64,000 nucleotides of DNA from Octopus vulgaris (Eukaryota): NCBI GenBank assembly GCA_951406725.2, contig OX597820.1, forward strand, positions 104,160,001 through 104,224,000, given 5' to 3'. The notes beneath the pieces were generated by a model. That model did not search any database and had not been told where the DNA came from. It was given only the letters and a program-made list of their open reading frames with translations. The position numbers and the translations under genes were made by a program. Shown here in pieces: positions 13,801-26,300 of the stretch. Positions within the stretch are counted from its first letter, which is position 1; every line of letters begins with the position of its first letter.

Positions 13801-16800
13801 TTTGACTGGCAGTTTTTTCTAGCGGTGTCATATGAAATTGTCACCCATAATTATGACCTTAGTATTGATCTATTGCATTTCAATCTGTTTTAGGGTTAGG
13901 GGTGAGGGGAAGGGTATCTTTTTTTCTTCAGAAATATAAATAAACCTAATCTGTTTCTTAAACGAGGGACATATTCATACGGCACAGAATGTATTCACCT
14001 CAATAGACGTCATTGATTGGTTGAAATTACAGAAAAGAAACAACAAATATCTTACAAACCATAGAATTTTCTCAATAAAGCCAAGAGAAAAATATGTTTT
14101 ATAAACACATTCTACCAGTATACGAAGTTTAAAAGTGTTTAGTCACGTGGAAATTATTTTTTTAAAATGCCGGTCAAACCAAAAAGATCCGGTTCTTGTA
14201 AATAACCAAATGTGAACAGCTTTGTTTATTTTCCATGCTAGCATGGGTTAGGTGAATATCTTACTAAGGCATTGTTTTATTGTTGAATGTCCTTTCTGTT
14301 GGTAACACTTAGCTGTTTTCCAAGTAAGAGGTCTCTTATTCCACAAATGAATGATTCGATGACAGAAGTGACAACATCACCACTCATAGGTCACAACTTT
14401 TGTAGAAGCAAGAACAAATGTAAACACACACATACGTGTGCACACACGCAAGCATACATAAATATGTACACATGTACACGACAGTCTTCTATCAGTTTCT
14501 GCCCATCAAAACCACTTACAAGATTTTGATTGGTCCTGCAGAAGGTACTTCCTCCAGGGCACTGGATATTAAACAGGAGGTGAGACAACAGAACGTTGTC
14601 ATTAATGACAGCTGATCCAAATGTCACAAGCTTGTTCACACAAATGTGCTACATAGAAGATATAAATTTAAAAAAATAAGAAACAAGCTAAAGAGATTCT
14701 TTGTTACACATAACTTTCCATTGTTGTATACTTATCAGGGTTATTTCAAAGCTCATTTTCTGGTTAAGGTCACCATGGTGGCATAGAAATAAATGTCAGT
14801 TGAAGATGTTAGCTTAGATGTGAGAAAGAAGTATTATATGTTTCTTATGATTATCAAATGAGTGGTGGTCTCTGTGGTGGTGGCTGTAGCAGTAATTTTA
14901 CTTTATTTACATTTAGCGCTTAGGTTCTCCAGTTCAAAGAACATCAGACTGCCATAGCTCTTCATTCAATAATTTGAGTTTAGAAAATGAAATTGACATG
15001 AATTTAATGCATCCAGAGCTCGAATCAATTGAATAATGTAATGAAATCAGAGTTACAAGTGTTTAATAAATAAATTTTTTTAAATGAAATTGTCATTTAA
15101 TTTTTTTATTTTGTTTTTGTTTTGTTTTTTTTTTGTTTTTTTTAATTTTATGAATGCAATGTAGCTTAAATTATATTTTTTGCAAATATACTTTCAATAC
15201 TGAATTTACAAAAACAATTAGCCATTGGTATCTATTTATCCAGCGCGACAAACATGAATGAGCACAGTTCCCGGTCACATGCCATTTTTATTATCACTAT
15301 AGAATGCAGTGAGGTAAATACATTTGAATATCTGCATGGACACACTCATATGTGTATGTACACACATGCACACTTGCATACACACATACTTGATATTTAC
15401 TTGTATATATGTTGCGTTTCTATATGTACATTTGATACAATGTGTAAGTGAATGCATCATGAAACTCCAAGGGAATCATAAAAACTAGAGTTTAGCTGCA
15501 ATTTTAAAGCATTGAGGATGAGAAATCAATGTTTTTCCTTCAATAAAGTGTAAACCTGTTACAGGGGACATTCTCATTATTTTCTGCCATGCTCAAGAGC
15601 CAGGCTGACTGAGATTGCATGGAAGTGGATTTGATCTTGGTGTACAAGCTCATTGTCCATCCAGTATGATATCCACTCGGCTGATGAGTGAAATCTATGC
15701 CATTTTAACTCATATTCCGCCAAGGTCGACTTTGCCTTTCATCCTTTCGGGGTCGGTAAATAAAGTACCAGTTTCCCACTGGGGTCGATGTAATCGACTT
15801 AATCCCTTTGTCTGTTCTTGTTTAGCCCCTTGTGGGCAGTAAAGAAATACATTTTAACTCATAACACGTTAATAAAAAACGAAAATCTCACAAGAGACAA
15901 CCAAGAGAAGAGAAAGAAGCAAACACACAACCATTTCAGAGTAAATATCAATGTTATATGTTGATTCTTCTTAAAGCGGCAAGCTGGCAGAACTGTTAGC
16001 ATGTCGGATAAAATGCCTAGCAGCATGTCATCTGTCTCTGTTTTGAGTTCAAATTCTGCCGAGGTTGACCTTGTCTTTTATCCTTTCGTGGTCAGTAAAA
16101 TAAGTACCAGTTGAATACTGGGCATGATATAATTGACTTTTCCCCTCCACCCAAAATTGCTGGTCTTGTGCCAAAATTTGAAAGCATCATACTTAGTCTT
16201 CTTATTGACCAGATTGTCAGATGCCCTTATATATTGCCGGTTGCAATGTGCTTCCATTCTCCTCTCTTGATTGGCTGTTCTCTCTCATTTGAACCCTAAT
16301 GACTATGTCTTCTGTCCATCATCTCAGACATCTTCAAAGTAATCTCTTCCCATCTCTTGGATAGTGCTTGAAAACTGCACAGGTCCACCTCTTGTCTGTG
16401 AACCTTGTAACATATTATGATTACTATTTAGTAATTAATTCTATTACCTATTAGAGGTGAGATTGTTTTGAAAATTTGAACATTTGCATTTGAGTAATTG
16501 GGATGAGTTCTTCATAGAGGCCAAAGGTGGCAAGAGGCACTATGCTGTGTTTGTTACAAAACATCAGCTCATAACTTTACAGTCAGTAATCTAATACTTT
16601 AACTTTACAGCTGGTAAAACTAACACTCTGTTAAATTATGATACTAACACTTTGCTTTAATATAATACTAACTGAGTTAACATGATGCTGCAACTTAACT
16701 TTAAGCTTGAATTTCCTTTATAATTACTTTAGTTGCTATCTCCCTTTCTTACTTAATTTGTCTGATTTCAAATGTTTGAGCCCATTACTAGAATTTCCAT

Positions 16801-19800
16801 GACCAGAAATGGATTATTAGCCCTGTTGTCTTTACATTGGGTCCAAGTGATTATAGGACCATTATTTGTGGGTGGAGTTAAATCAGAGGTGGCTAATAAA
16901 TGCGTGAAACATGTTGTTTATTAATTTGTTTGGTATCATTCTGAAATGTTTAGACTATTCTTTCTGTTGGTAAAAATAATGCATTCCTCTTTGTAAAGTT
17001 TCTTTTGTGTTACAACCTGCTGATAGTGACCCCTGTTAGCTTCCTTAAACATCTATTGATTCACTTCATGGTTATTTTGGTTTTCTTTTTTCTGAAGATG
17101 GGTGTTGATGGTGAGAATCATATTCGTGTTGGTAAACTGAATCTGGTCGACTTAGCTGGTAGTGAGCGACAAACTAAAACTGGTTCTACGGTAAGTGTAA
17201 AGTTTTGCATCTATTTGAAAGAGTTCAAGGATGGGGAAACAGGGCTTTACCTTCTTCCCTTCACCAAGTTTATGAAAACTATGATTTCATTTTGTAAACT
17301 GAAAATTGAGGTGATGGGAGTAAACTGACAAAATCTTTTAAAATTGAGATTGAAAACGAAATCAAAACTCTCTCTCTCTATCTCTATCTCTCTCTCTCTC
17401 CCTCTCTCTCTGTTTGATCTTTGACCCTCTTCTCAGATTTACTTTTATGCCATGCAAGCTGTACCAATTTGAAATTTCAAGCTAAAAAAAATGCTGGTAT
17501 TCAAAGGGGAACATTCCTGATTTATATATTAATATTACGCCAGGTTTATATTGGGTATCTTTGTATAGATATCTTTCTCTTTGGGATATCTAAAATATAT
17601 GAATTGCCTCATTCCATTTGGGAGAATTCTATTTTCCTAATATAATATCTACTTCTAAATATTTGGGATGGATTTTTTCCCTCTTTGTGGCTATATTTGA
17701 ACTACTGCTCTCTGAAGTTAGTTTTCCTTTTCTTTTAAATTTTATCCAGAATTGTTTGATGTGGAAAGGAAATTGTATATAGATGCATTTTGAAAAACCT
17801 TTATATTTTCACAGGGAGAACGTTTAAAAGAAGCTACAAAAATCAATCTGTCTCTGTCTGCACTTGGTAACGTTATATCAGCTCTCGTTGATGGCAAAAG
17901 CTCCCATATTCCATACCGAGATTCCAAGCTGACACGACTTTTACAAGGTAATCATATTTCCTTTCATTGCATTCCCATGTCACCTGATTTATTCATCCTC
18001 ATCCACACTTTCCTGTCATGTCTTTGTTTAGTCACTCTCTAAAAAAACTCCTGGAGTTCTTTTAAAATTAGCCTCACATCACTAGCACCATACTCCTGGC
18101 TTTAAGAGTAATGCAAGAGGCCTGGTTAGAGGCTCAACCTTCTGAGTTCTTTTACAGGGCTTAGAAAAACTAAAGCAGCTCTGCAATAAGTGTGTGAACC
18201 TGAGAGGGAATATCTTCAATAAAATCTTAATTAACTGGTCTTCCTGTATCACCTTTTGCCCAAAGCCAGGAACTTTTCAGCACCCCATCATAAGCATTCT
18301 AAAAACTGACCCCTGTTATTTTAAGCATTGCGTAATCTTCCAGTACAAAGAACATGTCCAGAATAATATCCTGTAAATATTGGGTTAAATAATCGTTTGG
18401 GCAGAAAATGTCAAAGACTACCTCTGGGACTCAAACTCACATTCCTCTAAACATGATACGTGTCCTACCATTACACCATGGCAATCTGTCAAATTTCTTT
18501 ATTCTCACCAGCAAGAATTGTATGTTGTTTGCATTATAAGAATTAGTAAACTTTGAGAGGACATAAAAGAATTGTTTTCATTGGGCCTCACAGGGGGCAT
18601 GACAAGGGACTGAGACTTCTGGCTGTTTACTATACTTGAGAAGACACATTGATCTAAGTAAAATCATGGTTGTTCTTGCTTACAGGCATGTCCCCTACAT
18701 CCCTCTTCGGATTTTAAACCTAACTTGTTTCTCCTGGCTTGTTCAATTCACAGAACAAGTCATTTTTTAAATCCTGAAACAAATTTTAAGCACTGCTTCA
18801 ATTTATCTGTATTTCTATAAAGATTTTTGATAAATACCAAACAAATGCTGTTTTAAGTTGCTATAAAAATAATTCTGTTCACTTCATAACATAACATAAT
18901 TTTATATACAATACAAAATGTTTAGGAAAATGCAATGCAAACAAGAAATATATGGCAAAATGAATCTGAAAGATAAACATCAAAGAATATGAATTCATTC
19001 TTGAAATAAGAAATCAGAATTTTAATGATAGAAATTTAACTAAAAATTTACTTCTAATCTCCACACATATCTACTCATCACATATCTTGAGGGTTCATCC
19101 TGACACCTCATTTCCACTAGATTTATCTCTTTACTGCTCCAGCTGGCTATTCCCACTTTCTCTTCTATAATGTGAGTAACCATGTAGCTCCTCTACAGCA
19201 GAAGACCTACTCTATTCTGGCCCCTCCTCTCACACTTTTGACTCTTCTTAGCATAAAGCTGCCATTCTCTCTGCAATAGTCCCACTCAGTCAAAGAAGAC
19301 CTGAGTTCTGCAGGCTGCACAGCAACATCACTAGTGCTGATTTTCACTGCTGTTGTCATCAAAATGTTGTAATATAGGAACATTTTCTCTCTGTATAGTT
19401 AAATATTCTGAGAGAGAAAACCTTTGATGTTATAGCATGTGTAATTTTCATAAAACTGAACTAAGAGAAGTTTGCTTTTGTAACTAAATTTAAATATTCA
19501 AAGATACTAAGTACAATTGCAAACATTTTTTTGATTTGAAATATAAGAAATTTTAATGACAACTGAACAAGCTGACACTGTAGCATTTTATAAAGAAGAC
19601 TACCATCCTGACATATCATTAATCAGCTTTCAGAAACGTTTCTGAATATCACAAACCACAAGCAATGAAGTTGTTGTCATTTCTCCTGTCCACTGGCTTC
19701 ATGCCTACAAAGATATATGAAATAATAAGAGCTCCCTTTCTCAGAAAACAAGCAAGAGTTAGCAACAGGAAGGGTATCCAGCTGTAAAACAACGCCTCAA

Positions 19801-20314
19801 TAATGCATTCATCTAATCCATGCTATCATAGAAAAATGGACATAAAAACTAATCAATAAATTAATGCCATGTGTTCTGCTATTTTCTTGCTATTTTATAG
19901 ATTCTCTGGGAGGAAATGCTCGCACTGTCATGGTTGCAAATATTGGCCCAGCCAGCTATAATTACGATGAATCCATTACAACACTGAGGTAAAGAATTAG
20001 CTTTTTCATGATCATTTTTTTCAATAATGATGTTTTATAAACACATTCTACCAGTATACGAAGTTTAAAAGTGTTTAGTTAACTAGAAATTGTGTTGACA
20101 TATGCCGTTCAAAAGGAAAAGATCCAGAAAATGTATTATAGGCGCAGGAGTGGCTGTGTGGTAAGTAGCTTGCTTACCAACCACATGGTTCCGGGTTCAG
20201 TCCCACTGCATGGCACCTTGGGCAAGTGTCTTCTACTATAGCCTTGGGCCGACCAAAGCCTTGTGAGTGGATTTGGTAGATGGAAACTGAAAGAAGCCCG
20301 TTGTACATATGTGT

Positions 20315-20362
<48 letters not shown>

Positions 20363-23300
20363 ATGTTTGTGTGTCTGGGTTTGTCCTCCCAACATCGCTT
20401 GACAACCAATGCTGGTGTGTTTAGGTCCCCGTAACTTAGCAGTTCGGCAAAAGAGCTCGATAGAATAAGTACTAGGCTTACAAAGAATAAGTCCTGGGGT
20501 CGATTTGCTCGACTAAAGGCAGTGCTCCAGCATGGCCGCAGTCAAATGACTGAAACAAAAGAGTAAAGATTGTATAAAGTAAACTGTAAAATTATAGTTG
20601 TGCAGTTGAAGTTAGATGTGTGTGACATTATTCCTTATTTCCTTTCCTCTCCAACACTCACAGATATGCAAACAGGGCCAAAAACATCAAGAACAAACCG
20701 AAGATTAATGAGGATCCTAAAGATGCTTTGTTACGTGAATTCCAAGAGGAAATTGCAAGGTTGGTACTCTACAAGAATTGTAATATTTTAGGAATAATTA
20801 TTTTGAGACAGAACAGTGAAAATTCAGAGAGTGTGTGTGTGTGTGTAGCCATCACCATCATCGCATTTACTTGTTCTATACTGACCTGGGTTACAATTAC
20901 ACGAGACTTATGCAGCCTGGTGCACTTTTTGTTATGTCCTTTTGTTTCCAAGTAAGATATTTATTACCTTGATGTTTTGTCTGATAAACTGCATGACAGC
21001 AGTCAACATAAACATTGTCATAGATTTTTCAATTTAAGCACAAAGACAATATGATACAAACACATACATATGCACTTATGCACACACACACACAGCAAAA
21101 AAAAAACCAAACACTACTCACATCCAGAAAATACCATTGCACTATTCCCCCTCCAAGCATGTGCTGCATTCAGCTCGTGCCCTCACAGTTGTTCCAAATG
21201 CTGGGCCTCTCTATTAGCTAAGATCTCTACTGACAAAGTCACATCCTTTAACACAGCTAGGCCCACATCTAAGGACTAACTCTTCTCTTCAGAGCCCAAC
21301 AACTGCAAACACTGTGCAATGCTAAAGTGAGGACCACTATGAAGCACTGCTACCACATCTAGGACTGTACTTCTACTGTGCACACAAACAACCCGGACTG
21401 CGTCCAGAAGAGAGCCAACTGATTAGCATTCAGTCATTAACCGATACTTTCCAGCCTCTACCCACACATATGCTACCTCATGCCTTTGTCCATTCTACCA
21501 CTACTACAATGGTGTCTGTTCTTTGTCATTGGTTGATCTAGCGCCTTTGCCACTCAGGCACTCCTGGTCTGCTTATACCTTCACCCACCCAAACTCTCTC
21601 AACCCTATACTAACCACTATGACCAGACCTTTTCTCCTCAGACTAACAATCTTCTGGAATCTTCTCTCTGCTCATGTCTTTCTTGCAGAATGTTGACCTG
21701 CAACATTATATAGTATCAACCTTTCTATTCTCTGAGAACCTGCAAGGGTCCTGGGCTCTAGACTCTGCAAATAAAAGCAAAAAGGACAAATGCTTGATAC
21801 TTAAGATGGATTTTGTCCTCATAAGAGGCATTTTCTGTCACTAAATAGCATTATTTCTAACAACAGGTCTCTCTTCATGATTCCACAATTATGGAAATAC
21901 ACTTATTTTCTCTGGTCTCCTATTTATAATCATCATCATCATCATCATCGTTTAACGTCCGTTTTCCACACTAGCGTAGGTTGGACGGTACAACTGTGGT
22001 CTGGGAAGCCAGTAGGCTGCACCAGGCCCATCTGATCTGGCAGTGTTTCTACAGCTGGATGCCCTTCCTAACGCCAACCACTCCGTGAGTGTAGTGGGTG
22101 CTTTTTACGTGCCACCTGCACAGGTGCCAGACGAGGCTGGCAAACGGCCACGATCGGATGGTGCTTTTTACGTGCTACTGGCACGGGGGCCAAACGAGGC
22201 TGGCAACGGCCACAATCGGATGGTGCTTTTTACGTGCCACCGACGATAATCCACTGATGATGAGAAAGAAAATTTCAAGGTTTTTACACATCCACAATAA
22301 ACTCAATCTGACCCATACAAGTGTGAAGTGGATATTAAAAGGAGGAGGAGGTCGGTGTAAAAATGCCTGAAAAAGTAAATGTTTTCTCTTTATTTCAGGT
22401 TAAAAGCCCACCTAGCTGCACGAGGAACTCATGGCAAAAAGAAGTCCAAAAAACGACTGGACAGTAAGTTTAGTTCATTTGTCTTATCAGTTTTGAGAAG
22501 ATTGTGCTTATAACGATAAGAAACTTATGTTGAATTTATACCTGAATTGTACAGATTAGAGCACAAATTCTGTATTTATAGGAGAAATTAAAATAAGTTG
22601 AATTGATCCCAGTGTGTTATTAATTTTTCTCAACTCTTCTTAGATTAATGGTAAAAATTGATGTTGCCAAGATTTGAACTGAAAAATCTGTTTCTCTCTC
22701 CCTCCTTTTTTTTAATCTTTAGGTGGCGAGGTAATGACAGATGACGAGGAGGAAGAGGAAGTAGAAGGTGACAACAATGTGGATGCTGAAGCATATATGC
22801 AGGAACAACAACAACGGCTTGAAGAGGAGAAAAAGGCCATTTTGGGGGACCAATCTTTAATAGCTGAGGTAAATAATGGCTTTTCAATGATTTAAGTAAA
22901 ATAGTATGCAAAGACGCTATCAATATCATCATCATCATGAAATATGCAGAAATTGAAATAATGACTATTAATATCAATTTCTTATCTGAGTAAGATATGA
23001 AAGTGGGCCCATAGAAACCATGCCAAAACAGACATGGAGCCCTAGCAGCACTTCAGCTGTAATAGATATGAAAATAATAATAAATAATCCTTTCTACCAT
23101 AAGCATTGAAAGGATTGAAATTTGGGGGAGGGGAATAGCCAATTACATCAACCCCACTACTTAACCGGTACTTATTTTATTGACCCTGAAAGGATGAAAG
23201 GCAAAGTCGACCTTGGCTGAATTTGAACTCAGAATGTAGCAGCAGATGAAATACTTCTAAGCATATCGTCTGGCATGCTAACAATTCTGCCAATAACATA

Positions 23301-26300
23301 TAAAACTAGTTTTAAAAAACTTTTTGATGAAAATGTCTTATATTTAAAAAATAAAATCCTTTTGTTTTAATATTAATCTTCATTGATCTACAGGAAAAAG
23401 AAAAGCTGTTGTCTGAACTAAAGGAGAATGAATCTCGCTTATTGAAAGAAAAGGAAGCCAGAGATATGTTGGCATCTAAAATCAAGGTAACTGTTCATAT
23501 ATTGCTGTTGTACCTCTGTATATTACTACATGTTCCACAATTATCATAGGAGGGACAGCTTCAGTTTTGGCATAATCCAACTGATTTTCCTATACTCCAT
23601 TACTTTTGTACTTCTGTAAAAATACAGATGCTTTATGGTATATATTAAGTCTGTCTCTTAATCCATTAAATTTCATAGGGACATCACACTAAATACTTCA
23701 GCTTTATGTTGTGTATCAATGCTATGCATGAAACGATATGTCTATTATTTCTTTGTCATTCATTTGTGTATTTAATTTCTTTTTTGTTTCTTGGTACCAA
23801 GCGTTAGGATGGGTTGAGGTAGGATTTTTATAGCTGAAGGCTCTTCCTGCTGCCGACCCTTACCTGCTTTCTTGCAGGGGAATTCAGAAGTGCGGAGCTA
23901 GCTGACAATTTGTTGATAGGAAATGCCAATAAGTATCACCAGTGGCATCCTTGCCACAAATGGGTGGCCTCACTGCATAGCTCACCATAAATTATATATA
24001 AAGGCTTCTTTCAGTTTCCATTGTCTGTATCCCCTCACAAGATACTGGTTGGACCAGGGCTATAGTAAGGAAACACTTGCCCATGGTACTGTGCAGAGGG
24101 AACTGAACCAAAAGCAATATGGCTAAGAAGTGAACTTCTTTACAACACAGCCGTGCCTGTGCCTATATCACAATCTTACTGTTTCCTGTTTATGCTAAGA
24201 AAAACTGAATTTGAAATTATTGGTGTAGTTTGCTGTTGAAAAGCTTTCCAATACCACTTCTTTTATCTGTGCTATGAAAAATAAGAATTAGCAAAACTAT
24301 ACATTCATATGTAGCAAGATTCCTATAAAAGTTGCTGCTTGGAGTAGCCATTTAAATCATAAGTTCTGTTTGTGTCGAAGATCTTTGGTTTGCATTTTTT
24401 TAAGAGTTCTTCAGAACATGTGCTGTTTTTTTAAGAAATTTATTGTAGTGTATAAAAATGTAAATGTCTTCAAAGCCTAAAAATACACATAAGGGAAGGC
24501 ATTTAGCTCTTGTTTTAAGCTTTTAACTGAATGTAAGAAGAATGCTACCCTATCTTAGGAAATAGTTTTGGAATATTTGCTATCTATTCCTGAAACTCTA
24601 AATAACCCTGATAAATATGAAATTGAGAACCCTGCCGAAATTCACATCAAAACACTTGCAGTGGAATTGAAATCAAAACCCCTGAACTGATAATCCAGTA
24701 TAATATCTACTTGATCTGCTTAACCTCTTTTTTTGTTTATATTTTATCTGTAGCTTTACGTGTAACTGTCACATTACATATTGTTATATGTGGTCCCTAA
24801 ATTTCTTGTATTGATATATTTAATGCATTTGATTTTCAGGCAATGGAGAGCAAGTTACTGATGGGTGGCAAAAACATTGTTGACCACACTAATGAACAAC
24901 AGAGAGCCTTAGAGCAACGAAGGTCAGAAATTGCTGACCAGAAGGTAAATTTTAATGTGTAGTTTATCTATTTTACAAAATGTTTTTGTTCTACTTTTGT
25001 TTTTCACCCCAGATATGATTTGTAAATTTTAGTTATATGCACATTGTTGGAGCAATTGTTTCTACGTCTTGATGCCCTTTTTACTGTTTAGCACTAAAAT
25101 GAGAAGTAGAAATGTTGTCTGCTGTCATCTAAGTAATGGCTGTAGTTAGGGTTGAACTCTCAATCCTGAGATCAATTGCTCAACATCTTAATTTCATAGC
25201 TACAGTATATGTTCTCCATGCCACCAGTTGATGTAATTCTCTTTGTTTATTGGAAAATTTAAACAGAGCCTACTTTCAGTATTTTAGATATCAAATGAGT
25301 AAGAAATTTGATAATGGCTATCAGCTACAGCTCATGGATTAAAAAAAAACCTATTTTGTTAGAAGGTCGCCTTGTGATCGTTACCAATGTCGCCTTACTG
25401 GCACCTGTGCCAGTGGCATGTGTAAAAAGATTCGAGTGAGGTCATTGCCAGTACCACCTGTTTCCTAGTAATATAATATTTCTCCTTGTGCCTAGAGTAG
25501 AAAAGAATATAATATTTCTCCACAAATGGACATGCTTATGCAGAAGATTGAGAATGAATGATGCTCTTTCATAACTGTCACGCAATGTCAAAATAAGGAG
25601 ACAAGAAGCTCATTCACACACAGACACACTTACATCATCATCATCCTCATTTAGGGTCCGCTTTCCATGCTAGCATGGGTTGGACGGTTCAACTGGGGTC
25701 TGGGAAGCCAGAAGGCTACACCAGGCCCAGTCTGATCTGGCAATGTTTCTACGGCTGGATACATATAAATAGGTTTCTTTCAGTTTCCATCTACTATATC
25801 TATTTATATGGCTTTGATCAGCCCACGACTAGAGTAGAAGATACTAACCCAAGGTGCCATGCAGTGGGACTGAACCCAAAACCACTTAACTGAGGATCAA
25901 ACTTCTGTAATGATAAATGCAAAATTCTGTCTGTCCAAAACCCCTGTATCTCAGTTTGCATTTGCTTTACATACCTTTTTTGGAATCAGGCTGATCCCGG
26001 GATTAACAATCTAACCTTCATTTGGTTCTTGGACATCAGTCATTGGGATCTGATTTAAAAGCATTCGGCTTGCTACTTCTCGCAGGCAAAGTTTGGCTGG
26101 TTCATACCTTGGTTGGCATTTGTCAGAGATCAAGGAAGACTTAATTGGCATTCGCTTCATTAAATATACACCGAGATAAGAACTTTGAAACAAATTGGCC
26201 AACAGTTGGAATTCAACTTGGGACTGGAACAATAGAATGATTACATTACAGAATTAATTCTTATCTGTCGTTAACCTCTGATCAAAAACTTATTTCTTTA

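Noticed and set aside
13889-13903. TTAGGG repeats (also ccctaa at about 51988-51998)
   Set aside because: Only two units, at a fixed internal position of a MITE; not an interstitial telomere.
17170-17180. Thr (ACT) in SERQTKTG as an A-to-I recoding site restoring vertebrate Ala
   Set aside because: This position varies naturally among kinesin-2 proteins, and editing cannot be inferred from DNA alone.
22080-22245. Repeat-spacer-like pattern resembling a CRISPR array
   Set aside because: The 'spacers' are similar to each other, the units are SINE-internal, the context is a eukaryotic intron, and no cas genes are present.
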